Shown one piece after another: positions 18,529 through 27,109 of a stretch of DNA of 64,000 nt (position 1 is the stretch's first letter; every line of letters begins with the position of its first letter). The translations under genes and the position numbers were made by a program. The stretch spans positions 49,444-113,443 of the IMG/VR virus record IMGVR_UViG_3300005663_000033. One strand, 5' to 3'. A model generated the notes under the pieces. The model saw nothing but the letters and a program-made list of their open reading frames with translations. It was not told the DNA's origin and did not search any database. Origin of the DNA: a virus.

Positions 18529-18870
18529 ATGGCATTGCAATTCTTAAGCGAAAACACCGGAAAAATGAAAGATGCTGTGTTTTGTTTTACTGGCAAATCC
18601 CCAAAGACTCGTCCCGAGATGCAAGCGATTGCAATCGGTGCTGGCGCAACAGTCACCAAATCCGTCACCAACAGCACAACCATCTTGGTAATTGCAGACG
18701 CAAATAGTACATCATCCAAAGTAATAAAAGCTCACTGGAGGGGAATTGATTTAATAAGCCCAGAACAGTTCTTCGAAATATGTGGCAAAACCAAAACGTC
18801 AAAGAAATTTGTAATAACCAAACCATCTGAAAAGAAAAGACATTCGTCTGTGAGACGGATACAACTTTAA
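18529..18870 (+). CDS. stand-alone BRCT domain protein (LigA/RFC-type BRCT)
   Basis: FCFTG...R...GATVTKSVT..TTILV...SSK..KA...GI. Confidence 0.85.
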   Translation: MALQFLSENTGKMKDAVFCFTGKSPKTRPEMQAIAIGAGATVTKSVTNSTTILVIADANSTSSKVIKAHWRGIDLISPEQFFEICGKTKTSKKFVITKPSEKKRHSSVRRIQL

Positions 18871-18881
18871 GGAAAAAAACC

Positions 18882-19394
18882 ATGAAACTTATAGACATTC
18901 CACAAATGAGTAGACCTGGATATGCTACTGACCATTTTCTATATATGTTACCAAAAACTATCAAACAATATCAAGAAGAACGACTTTGTCCTCTTAATCT
19001 GGAACCTGATTTCCAAAGGGTTCACGTTTGGACTCCCGAACAGCAAACTCGATATATGGAATTCATTTTACGAGGAGGAAACTCATCGAAGGATTTCTAC
19101 TTCAATTGTCCTGGTTGGCAGGGTTCCTATGATGGACCATTTGAACTCGTTGACGGCAAACAACGACTTGCTGCCTGTTTGGGTTTTATGAACGGAACAG
19201 TTCCCATTTTTGACGGATTCTATATTGGAGACTTTACTGACAAACCATTCAATGTTCTCCTGCGTTTCCATATCAACAATCTAAAAACTCGTAAAGAAGT
19301 TCTCCAATGGTATCTGGATATTAATTCTGGTGGAGTTGTTCACACCGCCGATGAACTAGACAAAGTAAGAGAATTACTAGAAAAGGAAATTTAA
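18882..19394 (+). CDS. stand-alone DUF262 (ParB-like) protein
   Basis: PDFQRVHVW and ELVDGKQRL motifs. Confidence 0.8.
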   Translation: MKLIDIPQMSRPGYATDHFLYMLPKTIKQYQEERLCPLNLEPDFQRVHVWTPEQQTRYMEFILRGGNSSKDFYFNCPGWQGSYDGPFELVDGKQRLAACLGFMNGTVPIFDGFYIGDFTDKPFNVLLRFHINNLKTRKEVLQWYLDINSGGVVHTADELDKVRELLEKEI

Positions 19395-19397
19395 TCT

Positions 19398-19685
19398 ATG
19401 CAAAAACTACAACTAGAGATTAGTCACATAACTATCCCGAAGGGGATCGGAGCAGATCAAATATCCTTTTGTGTTCCAAATGATCGGGTATTAGATGATG
19501 TACTAGGAGACACAGAAGCCCGTGAATGTTTCCCAGAACTATATTTCGACCTTAAAATTACCAAAGGTAAAGGCGAAAAACTATTGTCAGCCCTTGGATT
19601 AGTAGCGGATAGGATCATATCCAGGTCAACCGGATATAGTTTTGGACGATCAAGAAAAAATCATGATAAACAAAGTAAACCATGA
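19398..19685 (+). CDS. hypothetical protein
   Basis: ORF in gene string. Confidence 0.55.
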   Translation: MQKLQLEISHITIPKGIGADQISFCVPNDRVLDDVLGDTEARECFPELYFDLKITKGKGEKLLSALGLVADRIISRSTGYSFGRSRKNHDKQSKP

Positions 19686-19935
19686 TTTGGCCTATGCCCT
19701 AGCTGAGTTCGCCACCCATGTCATAGATAGATATGACTCCGATGACCCATCAGCAAGAACTCAAATATTAGTCAAAGGCGTTTTCGCTGGGGCTAGTTGT
19801 GGAAGTTTAGTGGAATACGCTAAGGAAAAACTACTGTTGGCCCACACATATATTTCACCAAAAGAGATTGAGGATATAAAAAGGAGAAATATGGATGGCA
19901 AAAATTGCAATCTTCCTCCGAGGAGAACCAAATGA
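19663..19935 (+). CDS. hypothetical protein
   Basis: ORF coupled to the next gene by an ATGA overlap. Confidence 0.5.
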   Translation: MINKVNHDLAYALAEFATHVIDRYDSDDPSARTQILVKGVFAGASCGSLVEYAKEKLLLAHTYISPKEIEDIKRRNMDGKNCNLPPRRTK

Positions 19936-20942
19936 CACAAGATCGTAAACTTTGTTTCAACGATATCTTGTTAGTCCCACAATATTCAACGCTGGATTCC
20001 AGAACAACCCCTGATATAACAACCCATTTGGGTCATCTAGAACTGAGAGCCCCGATTATCTCTGCTCCTATGGATTCAGTCACTGGAAAATATATGCTTG
20101 TCATCATGGATAAGTTGGGCGGTTTGGGGATATTGACTCGTCATATCAATTTGCCAGACGACGAAGAGTTGGCGATGCAAGTTCGAGAGATTCAATGGGC
20201 TCGCGATCAAGGTGCTATTAATGTAGGATGTGCTGTTGGAATCAAAGGAGACATTGACAGGAAGGCTCAATCTCTATTGAACGCCGGGTGCAATGTGATC
20301 TGTCTAGACGTAGCCCATGGCGACCACAAAAAGATGTACGAGGCAATAAAGATTATAGTTCTTCTTCAAGACAACTACCACTTTATCGTCATGGCAGGCA
20401 ACGTATGCACCGAAGAGGCGGTAATAAAATTCGCAAAGCACGGTGTAGATGCTATTAAAGTAGGTATAGGACCTGGCGCAGCTTGTACGACCAGGATTAT
20501 AACCGGATTTGGTTATCCTCAAATGTCTGCGATCATTGAATGTAGCAATAGTATCAAAAAATATCCACAAACAACAATTATTGCAGACGGAGGAATCAGG
20601 AATTCGGGAGATATGGTAAAAAGCCTTTGGGGTGGAGCAAGTGCGTGTATGATCGGATATATGCTGGCAGGGACCAATGCGACCCCAAGAATCGATGGCA
20701 AGAAAGTCTACAGAGGGATGAGTAGTCGCGCTGTTTCTGGTAGATCAGACATAGCCCCAGAGGGAGTCGAAATAGAGATGGGAGATAAAGGGGAAACAGA
20801 AGAAGTCGTAAAAGGATGTATCAAGGGAATTCGCTCAGGTTTAGCGATGGGTGGAGCGAAAAATCTCACCGAACTGCGTGAGAATATTAAACACGTAATT
20901 GTCAGTCCACTATCTATGGAAGAAACAATGCCTAAATCGTAG
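19932..20942 (+). CDS. GMP reductase / IMP dehydrogenase family protein, no CBS domains
   Basis: SAPMDSV, DVAHG, AGNV, KVGIGPGAACTTR (catalytic Cys), IIADGGI, YRGMSS. Confidence 0.9.
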   Translation: MTQDRKLCFNDILLVPQYSTLDSRTTPDITTHLGHLELRAPIISAPMDSVTGKYMLVIMDKLGGLGILTRHINLPDDEELAMQVREIQWARDQGAINVGCAVGIKGDIDRKAQSLLNAGCNVICLDVAHGDHKKMYEAIKIIVLLQDNYHFIVMAGNVCTEEAVIKFAKHGVDAIKVGIGPGAACTTRIITGFGYPQMSAIIECSNSIKKYPQTTIIADGGIRNSGDMVKSLWGGASACMIGYMLAGTNATPRIDGKKVYRGMSSRAVSGRSDIAPEGVEIEMGDKGETEEVVKGCIKGIRSGLAMGGAKNLTELRENIKHVIVSPLSMEETMPKS

Positions 20943-20951
20943 AAAGGTGAT

Positions 20952-21137
20952 ATGATGGGTTTGTTAAAAAACATAGTCAGGGGTATTTTGTCAATAAATC
21001 TATTCCCACCACCTAAACCACCTTACAAAGCTCCTGAAATAAAGTCTGACGAAGAAGCTATTCGTGAAAATTGGGAAATCGTTGGAAAAGACTTACAAAG
21101 GGCTATGGACAAAATTGATAAAATAGAAAGAGAATAA
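20952..21137 (+). CDS. hypothetical protein
   Basis: AAGGTG SD. Confidence 0.55.
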   Translation: MMGLLKNIVRGILSINLFPPPKPPYKAPEIKSDEEAIRENWEIVGKDLQRAMDKIDKIERE

Positions 21138-21138
21138 A

Positions 21139-21339
21139 ATGAAAAAGAAACTCAAAGACATCGCAGAATTCATTTTGCTGTTCTGGTGTTGTGGCGGTGG
21201 CGGCGTTATTGGCCTAGTATGTTTCGCTTTTGCATGGAAACTAGGGGTGGTCATCTTAGGCTTATGGGGGTGCTCGGTTATCATGGCGATCCTTATCTTA
21301 ATCAACAAACAAACATCAAAAAAAAGAGATAAGAAATGA
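21139..21339 (+). CDS. small membrane protein
   Basis: Two hydrophobic helices, basic termini. Confidence 0.55.
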   Translation: MKKKLKDIAEFILLFWCCGGGGVIGLVCFAFAWKLGVVILGLWGCSVIMAILILINKQTSKKRDKK

Positions 21340-21593
21340 AAATTGTTCTAGACATCGATCCTGCTGGAGATGTCCATTGTCTATATACTGACGAAATCGA
21401 CTTATTCGCCATAGGAAGAGTTGTTGGGGTGCGTAAGGCGTCAAACGTAGAATTCAACGAAAAAAAACAAGTCTGGGAAGTCTTATCTCTCGAAGGGAAA
21501 GTCCTACACGAAAGTTGCAGCCGCGTGGCTGCTATAGATTGGGAAATAAAGGCGTTTTCGCCAGGGGGAATGTGTTATGATCCTATGGATTGA
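21336..21593 (+). CDS. hypothetical protein, probable accessory of the Ycf46/DUF1257/DUF2997 module
   Basis: IDPAGDVHCLYTDEIDL...RKASNVE motif; module association is from recall. Confidence 0.6.
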   Translation: MKIVLDIDPAGDVHCLYTDEIDLFAIGRVVGVRKASNVEFNEKKQVWEVLSLEGKVLHESCSRVAAIDWEIKAFSPGGMCYDPMD

Positions 21594-21948
21594 TGAGTTT
21601 GGAGAGGCACACGTCGCAAATGACTTAGATGACGGTATGATTGACGCTATTAATAATAGTGAGGCGGTGTTCTATCGCTTTGATACTGATACCAAAAAAT
21701 ACCAGTATCACAATGGTACTAATTGGATAACCATTAAAGAAGGGTAGGGGGATGATATGCGAAAAGTGTATTATAAGGTAGTGTTGAATGTGTTTATTCT
21801 TGAGGATGATGAAGCAAATGTCGCAGACAGATTGAGAGAATCAACATTTGCTTTAGACTATAACGCCCTCGATGAAGTTGCTGATGTCCACGATATCTCC
21901 GTAGAAAGTGTAGAAGTAACCGACTCTAGATAAAAGGAGATTTAAGTT

Positions 21949-22203
21949 ATGCTACCCGAAGACGCTAAAAAAAACAAATGCGATCGATGCGGAGTGATAG
22001 TTAGCCTTTATCGTCATGCAAATGGTTGGCGATGCCCATCGTGCATCTGGAACGAACGAGAAAACTTGATTAAATGGTCTAAACCACTGCTTAATCTAAC
22101 CCATTACACAGCGGCTAAATATAAAGACAATCCGGTAGTAATTGTGTCTCGCAGAAACCTTGACGCTCTGGCAGAAGTCGTCAAAGAGGTCACCTCTATT
22201 TAA
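21949..22203 (+). CDS. zinc-ribbon hypothetical protein
   Basis: AAGGAG SD; CDRC...CPSC. Confidence 0.6.
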   Translation: MLPEDAKKNKCDRCGVIVSLYRHANGWRCPSCIWNERENLIKWSKPLLNLTHYTAAKYKDNPVVIVSRRNLDALAEVVKEVTSI

Positions 22204-22214
22204 CGAATGAGAAA

Positions 22215-22415
22215 ATGACCTTATCGTCTTTAAAAATGAACGAAACAGCAACCATTATTGGTTGTTCAAATAAGAGACTGTGCGACTTAGGTCTAATATG
22301 TGGGGTAAAAATACGTATAGTCAAGCAAGGTAATACTTGTATTATACGATTCAATAACACGAGTCTATGTATGGGTTATAAGTATCAAAAAATAATAGAA
22401 ATAGAGAGGAAATAA
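22215..22415 (+). CDS. feoA: FeoA-family (SH3-like) protein
   Basis: MTLSSLKMNETATII...KRLCDLGLICGVKIRIV pattern. Confidence 0.7.
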   Translation: MTLSSLKMNETATIIGCSNKRLCDLGLICGVKIRIVKQGNTCIIRFNNTSLCMGYKYQKIIEIERK

Positions 22416-22416
22416 T

Positions 22417-23025
22417 GTGGCTATGGAAGTGTTTAGAGGATGGTATCGTAAGTCTCTGTCTAGAAAAGGCACCGTGTGGCACCGTGTCCATAAGGTCGAT
22501 TCTGTTTTCGCTAGCAAGCAGATGGCATACACAGTATGCGATAGACGTATAGCAACGACCAAGTGTGACTTCGATATGAAACCAGATCACAGATATATGC
22601 AGTGTGAAAAGTCACCTGGAGTAATAGTAGAAACGGGTCGTGGTTTTGTCCCCATAGGCGCAACAGCAATCAACACCAAAGCTGATGCCATTTACGAATT
22701 GAAACGTCTATTGAAACCACGAACCTATTATCTTAGGATTTGGGGTATCTATGGTGTTCAAATCACAGCCAAATGGGAATCAGATATTAGTATAGATATT
22801 TACACAGAAACCGAAATCATTACCAAACGGCACAAGAAAAAGCTTATGGCTTTGCTGCAAGTGCAAGCAGACTTGGGTCGTTTCAAGTCTGCGATTGATT
22901 GTCTTTGTGACGCAACAACCGTCCTGGCCAAAAAGGCTAAGGAGAAGAAGAAGTTAAAGGGTCGTCTAACCGAAGCAGAAGATCAGGCGTACTTCGAAGA
23001 ACTCTTATATGAAGCGGAGAAATAA
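22417..23025 (+). CDS. hypothetical protein
   Basis: 202-aa ORF in gene string. Confidence 0.6.
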   Translation: MAMEVFRGWYRKSLSRKGTVWHRVHKVDSVFASKQMAYTVCDRRIATTKCDFDMKPDHRYMQCEKSPGVIVETGRGFVPIGATAINTKADAIYELKRLLKPRTYYLRIWGIYGVQITAKWESDISIDIYTETEIITKRHKKKLMALLQVQADLGRFKSAIDCLCDATTVLAKKAKEKKKLKGRLTEAEDQAYFEELLYEAEK

Positions 23026-23027
23026 AA

Positions 23028-23285
23028 ATGTCGTGGTCATTAAAAAATATGATTGATAAAATGAGTGATGACAGAAGAGAGGCTCAGCTACAATGGAACA
23101 GAGAATTTCCACCAGATATAGAGGTGGATGTGGTTGAAGATGCTGGTATAACAATTACGTATGGAATATGGAAAGTTCCTAATGGCGACATCTTCTTTAT
23201 ACCTAAATCAAAAAGTGGTTATCAACCAGAGCGCAGAATTAATATTGACAAAAAAATTGTCGAGGCAATAAGGGGTAAAACATGA
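23028..23285 (+). CDS. hypothetical protein
   Basis: ORF in gene string. Confidence 0.55.
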   Translation: MSWSLKNMIDKMSDDRREAQLQWNREFPPDIEVDVVEDAGITITYGIWKVPNGDIFFIPKSKSGYQPERRINIDKKIVEAIRGKT

Positions 23286-23494
23286 CTCAGGTAATGATAG
23301 ATGTTAATGATAAAAGAATAGACGAAGCGGTAAGAAAAGAACTCAAGCGACTAGAAGGACAGGTTAAGCGTTTGAAGTTGAGCAATGCAAAACTCAAGTC
23401 TCAGATAAGAGACCAACAGGAACTTGAGACAAGAGCGCGTAAGATTGTCAACGCAGCGGAAGCTATAGTCCGTGAATACAATGATGAGGAATAA
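23282..23494 (+). CDS. small coiled-coil protein
   Basis: ATGA overlap; heptad pattern. Confidence 0.6.
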   Translation: MTQVMIDVNDKRIDEAVRKELKRLEGQVKRLKLSNAKLKSQIRDQQELETRARKIVNAAEAIVREYNDEE

Positions 23495-23495
23495 G

Positions 23496-23792
23496 ATGAT
23501 AGAAAGAGACAAGATTTACATCATAAACACCAATGATCTCACTCAGGTCAAATGTTTTTCTGTTGGTGAAACAGTCTCCTACAAGATAGCAATGTACCTT
23601 CTTGGAAAAAGGATTCCTTTGTTTCTCCTTTGTCGCCCAGGTTACAGTTCTATCTTTTTGGAATCTCATCTCCATTGTGAGATGGTGGAAGAAATCAAAA
23701 AATGGTTGACAGCGACAATCAAGGTTCGTTATAGGGGTGTAGGAAAAATGAAATCTATACCATTCCCTTTTAGGGATAAGGAGAAAGAATAA
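23496..23792 (+). CDS. hypothetical protein
   Basis: GAGG SD before ATG 23496. Confidence 0.5.
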   Translation: MIERDKIYIINTNDLTQVKCFSVGETVSYKIAMYLLGKRIPLFLLCRPGYSSIFLESHLHCEMVEEIKKWLTATIKVRYRGVGKMKSIPFPFRDKEKE

Positions 23793-23986
23793 TGAAAACA
23801 ATATATGTCGTCCTTAGAGGGGAAAACCGTGAGTTCAGAAGATTATTCTCTTCTCGCGGTGGGGCGGAAGGCTACATATCCACAGGACAAAAGGCTGGGA
23901 TAGATGGCTCTGAATCAGAATTTGTTGAAGTCCACCAAGTAAGAGAAGAAGCAAGTTGCGACTCTTGTATCTCTAATGAGGAGTAA
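23792..23986 (+). CDS. hypothetical protein
   Basis: TAATG coupling, AAGGAG SD. Confidence 0.6.
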   Translation: MKTIYVVLRGENREFRRLFSSRGGAEGYISTGQKAGIDGSESEFVEVHQVREEASCDSCISNEE

Positions 23987-23988
23987 TC

Positions 23989-24195
23989 ATGCGAGAACAA
24001 AAGAAAGTCATCATAGATATTGACCCAGACGGAAATTGTTCGATAGGGGGTGAGGGGTTCGTTGGTCCTGAATGTGGTCATTTCCTTAGTGAAATTGAAG
24101 AATCACTTGGAACACAAATATCTCAAAAAGATAAACCGGAATATAGACAAAGACACACAACCAGTAATAGAAACCGTCAGTGTGAAGGTAGGTAA
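23989..24195 (+). CDS. DUF2997-family protein
   Basis: IIDIDPDG...GFVGPEC...IEESLG...KPEY pattern; GAGGAG SD. Confidence 0.75.
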   Translation: MREQKKVIIDIDPDGNCSIGGEGFVGPECGHFLSEIEESLGTQISQKDKPEYRQRHTTSNRNRQCEGR

Positions 24196-24298
24196 TATGA
24201 ATATCAGACAACTTGGATTGTGGACAATAACATTGTTGGTACTCAAAAAAATATGGTGGCTTGCAGTTATTCTGTTTGTCGTGTTTTAGGAGATCAAT

Positions 24299-24487
24299 AT
24301 GCAAAGTATTCTTAATCAGGCAGCAACGAAAAAATTCATTATAGCCAAATTCAGAAATCTTCGGCCGGGAATGCCGATAAGTCGTGTGTCAAAAGATTCT
24401 CTAGAAAAAATCGAAGCAAGGCTTCGTGCGTGGATAATAGAAGAGGTGCAGCGACACCCCTCTATTGGTGTAACTTTCAAATTGTAA
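24299..24487 (+). CDS. putative histone-fold protein (short bacterial alpha2-type)
   Basis: 62 aa, basic; helix1, RVSKDS loop, amphipathic helix2, G-x-T; AGGAG SD. Confidence 0.5.
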   Translation: MQSILNQAATKKFIIAKFRNLRPGMPISRVSKDSLEKIEARLRAWIIEEVQRHPSIGVTFKL

Positions 24488-24500
24488 AAAGGAGAGTAAT

Positions 24501-24779
24501 ATGAGTTATCCATTGATAAAAATAGTATCTGATGTCAAAAGCATCAAATGGTTTTCCCATATCCAAAAGAAAATATCAAAGGTTGGGCTGTTTTTAAATG
24601 TTTTCGAAGATAAGTTTGCTGTTGGCAAAAAGAAATACGCTTCTAAAATCGAGGACGTTATTGATGAGGCCGTACGCACATCTACAGAGGGTTCAATCTC
24701 ATTGTTTAACACTCTAGAAGAAGTAGAAGCGTTCGTCCAAGGCTTTTGTCTTTCTACGGGTAAGAAGCTTCCCTTCTGA
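24501..24779 (+). CDS. hypothetical protein
   Basis: AAGGAG SD. Confidence 0.6.
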   Translation: MSYPLIKIVSDVKSIKWFSHIQKKISKVGLFLNVFEDKFAVGKKKYASKIEDVIDEAVRTSTEGSISLFNTLEEVEAFVQGFCLSTGKKLPF

Positions 24780-24854
24780 CCGAGCGCCTTGAGCGGTGGC
24801 AATAAAAGTCCACCACCAGTTTATTGTATACGTGTTATCTGGAAAGGATATGGA

Positions 24855-25127
24855 ATTAAGATTGTAATAAACAAATGTTTTGGTGGATTCGGCTTCAGCA
24901 AAGAAGGAATCGAATCCATGGGTTTAGACTGGGATGATCATGGGAAATGTGATGACTTGTCTCGAAGCGACCCCAGGCTTGTCAAATGTGTCGAAGAACT
25001 CGGCGACAAGGCGAATGGGATATTCGCTAGTTTGAAGGTAGTGGAAATTCCGAACGATATAAAATACACGATAGAAGATTACGACGGAATAGAACATATT
25101 GTAGAGGAACATCAAACTTGGGAGTAA
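24855..25127 (+). CDS. phage-type hypothetical protein, possible ATT start
   Basis: KIVINKCFGGFGFS...RSDPRLV..VEELG...LKVVEIP...YDGIE. Confidence 0.65.
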   Translation: MKIVINKCFGGFGFSKEGIESMGLDWDDHGKCDDLSRSDPRLVKCVEELGDKANGIFASLKVVEIPNDIKYTIEDYDGIEHIVEEHQTWE

Positions 25128-25477
25128 TGCCTTTTGAACGGAGTCGGTGAATGAGTAAAAAGAAAACAGAGAGACAAAAAGTAAGTAAGATGATCGTAGG
25201 AGGATTGAGGGAGACAATACGCGCCCATGGTCCTATAACGAAACGATTAATAGGAAGTGCGGCAAAACGAATTATTGGCACGCTACTTGCCAAAAGGAAA
25301 ATAGATGATCAAGAAGAAGAAACAGGATGATTTTTGGGAGCCATGTCTACGAGCTAATGGACGAATGGAATGGATATGTCCGTGTGGTGTAGGTCATGGA
25401 AATCATGTTCATGGATGTTGTGGAAAAGAATGTTGTAATCGGGATGATTTTCCAGGCAAGACAGAAAATAAATAGAG

Positions 25478-25996
25478 GTGCTGATGCAATTAATTCGTTA
25501 CCCATCACAAATATTGTTGAAAATATGTAAGTCGGTGCTTGACTCAGGGAAGGGTCAGAGACGTAAAGATAGACTTATACTTGCCAACAAGATGTGGAAA
25601 ATAATGAATGATAATCATGGCATTGGATTAGCTGCACCTCAAGTTGGACTTGATATCCGTATGTTCGTCTGGAATTACTATGGCAGTCAGGTGCATAATC
25701 AGGCTATTTGGAATCCAGTCTTGATTCATATATGTGGTTTTATAGAATCAACAGAAGGATGTCTTTCGTTGCCTGGAGTAAACGTAACCCTACAAAGAGC
25801 AACATCATCTGTTTTGTCTGGCACTGGAATAAACGGGAAACCAATAGGACTCATCGGAAATTCAATCACAACACGAATTTGGCAGCACGAAATTAATCAC
25901 CTAGACGGCAAGCTGATCATAGATAATATGAGTTTGAGTGACAAAAATTCCAACAAAGGTGCTCTTCGTGAATTATTGAAGAATCATGGACAATAA
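25478..25996 (+). CDS. def: peptide deformylase
   Basis: GIGLAAPQVG, EGCLS and QHEINHLDG motifs. Confidence 0.92.
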   Translation: MLMQLIRYPSQILLKICKSVLDSGKGQRRKDRLILANKMWKIMNDNHGIGLAAPQVGLDIRMFVWNYYGSQVHNQAIWNPVLIHICGFIESTEGCLSLPGVNVTLQRATSSVLSGTGINGKPIGLIGNSITTRIWQHEINHLDGKLIIDNMSLSDKNSNKGALRELLKNHGQ

Positions 25997-26255
25997 AATA
26001 ATGATAGAAGAAAAACCTCCAAAGACATTAGAGGGATGGACCGTAACCACATTATGGTTCAAGCGAGGAATTGATGATCCGAAACCTCTAAAATACAAGG
26101 TGTGGTCACCTCCAGGGTGCTCCAATAACGATCGTATCAAACTACTAGAAAAGGCCGCAAATCAAATAGTCGGTCTTGTATGGGAACTTGTTGGCGCAGA
26201 CCCAATAGTAATACAGGGACAATTCAAAAGTGAAATAAGCGAGGGTGTCGAGTAA
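25986..26255 (+). CDS. hypothetical protein
   Basis: Overlapping ORF. Confidence 0.55.
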   Translation: MDNKIMIEEKPPKTLEGWTVTTLWFKRGIDDPKPLKYKVWSPPGCSNNDRIKLLEKAANQIVGLVWELVGADPIVIQGQFKSEISEGVE

Positions 26256-26481
26256 AAAAATGAAACATAAAAAAACAATTAAGGCTTATGTTTATTGTTA
26301 CAGTCAAAATCCCATTCGTTGGATATGGTTTTGTTCTCCTTTCCTTGGAGTCGATATGAAAGGAAAAACAAAAACACCAGTTGGAGCCAAACGCGCAGCA
26401 AAAAGAACTATCGAACGTATGGGATATATCGCTGAAGTTGAGATTTTGGGACCACGAACACCAAAAGTAAAGACGAGATGA
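26245..26481 (+). CDS. basic hypothetical protein
   Basis: Overlapping ORF. Confidence 0.5.
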   Translation: MSSKKMKHKKTIKAYVYCYSQNPIRWIWFCSPFLGVDMKGKTKTPVGAKRAAKRTIERMGYIAEVEILGPRTPKVKTR

Positions 26482-26833
26482 CAAAAGTAAAATTTTCTGA
26501 CTTTTTCAGATTTTTTATGGAACGTTTTGACGATTTTGTCCTCCCTATACTTACAGAGTCTTGTACTTTTCTTTCACATTCATGTCTCCTCTTTCTAAGC
26601 TATAAAATCGAAGCGATGATTTGTTATAATCGCAGTGAAGTCATACTCAACTATTGTAACAAAACATTATATTCTTTGTCTTGCTCTGATATTTTAAGTG
26701 ATTTATTCACTGATAAGTATGATAAAGATGAGTTTAATCGCAGAGATTCAATACATCGTTCCGAATTGGAGATTCAGTAGATAGGATGAAAAGTTACAAA
26801 AAGAATCCGGGCAGTGCGCGCGGAGGTTGATCG

Positions 26834-27100
26834 ATGGAATGTTTAGTCTGTAGGCAAAAAATCAAGCTTCACGAACAAATCTTCTGGGGAAATCAGATGG
26901 AGTGTTGTGGCCCCGGAGATAGCGATTGTAGCTACTCAGGTGATTCTGGGGGACTTATGGGTGCCATACACCTATCTTGTCTAGAAAGTCCAACAGCAGC
27001 CACTAGAACTCCAAATACGACAGTTTCCGAGCCCCTGGAGAAGAAGTCGAAGTCCGAATCGGTTGTGGAAAGATCAGATGCATTGGCATTATTTAATTAG
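26834..27100 (+). CDS. hypothetical protein (CxxC...HxxC)
   Basis: GGAGGT SD. Confidence 0.6.
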   Translation: MECLVCRQKIKLHEQIFWGNQMECCGPGDSDCSYSGDSGGLMGAIHLSCLESPTAATRTPNTTVSEPLEKKSKSESVVERSDALALFN

Positions 27101-27109
27101 GAGATAAAA

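Noticed and set aside
26478-26780. + strand 100-aa ORF as a real gene
   Set aside because: Phe/Ser/Leu-rich composition reflects T-rich DNA; no clear SD or motif, so it is left uncalled.
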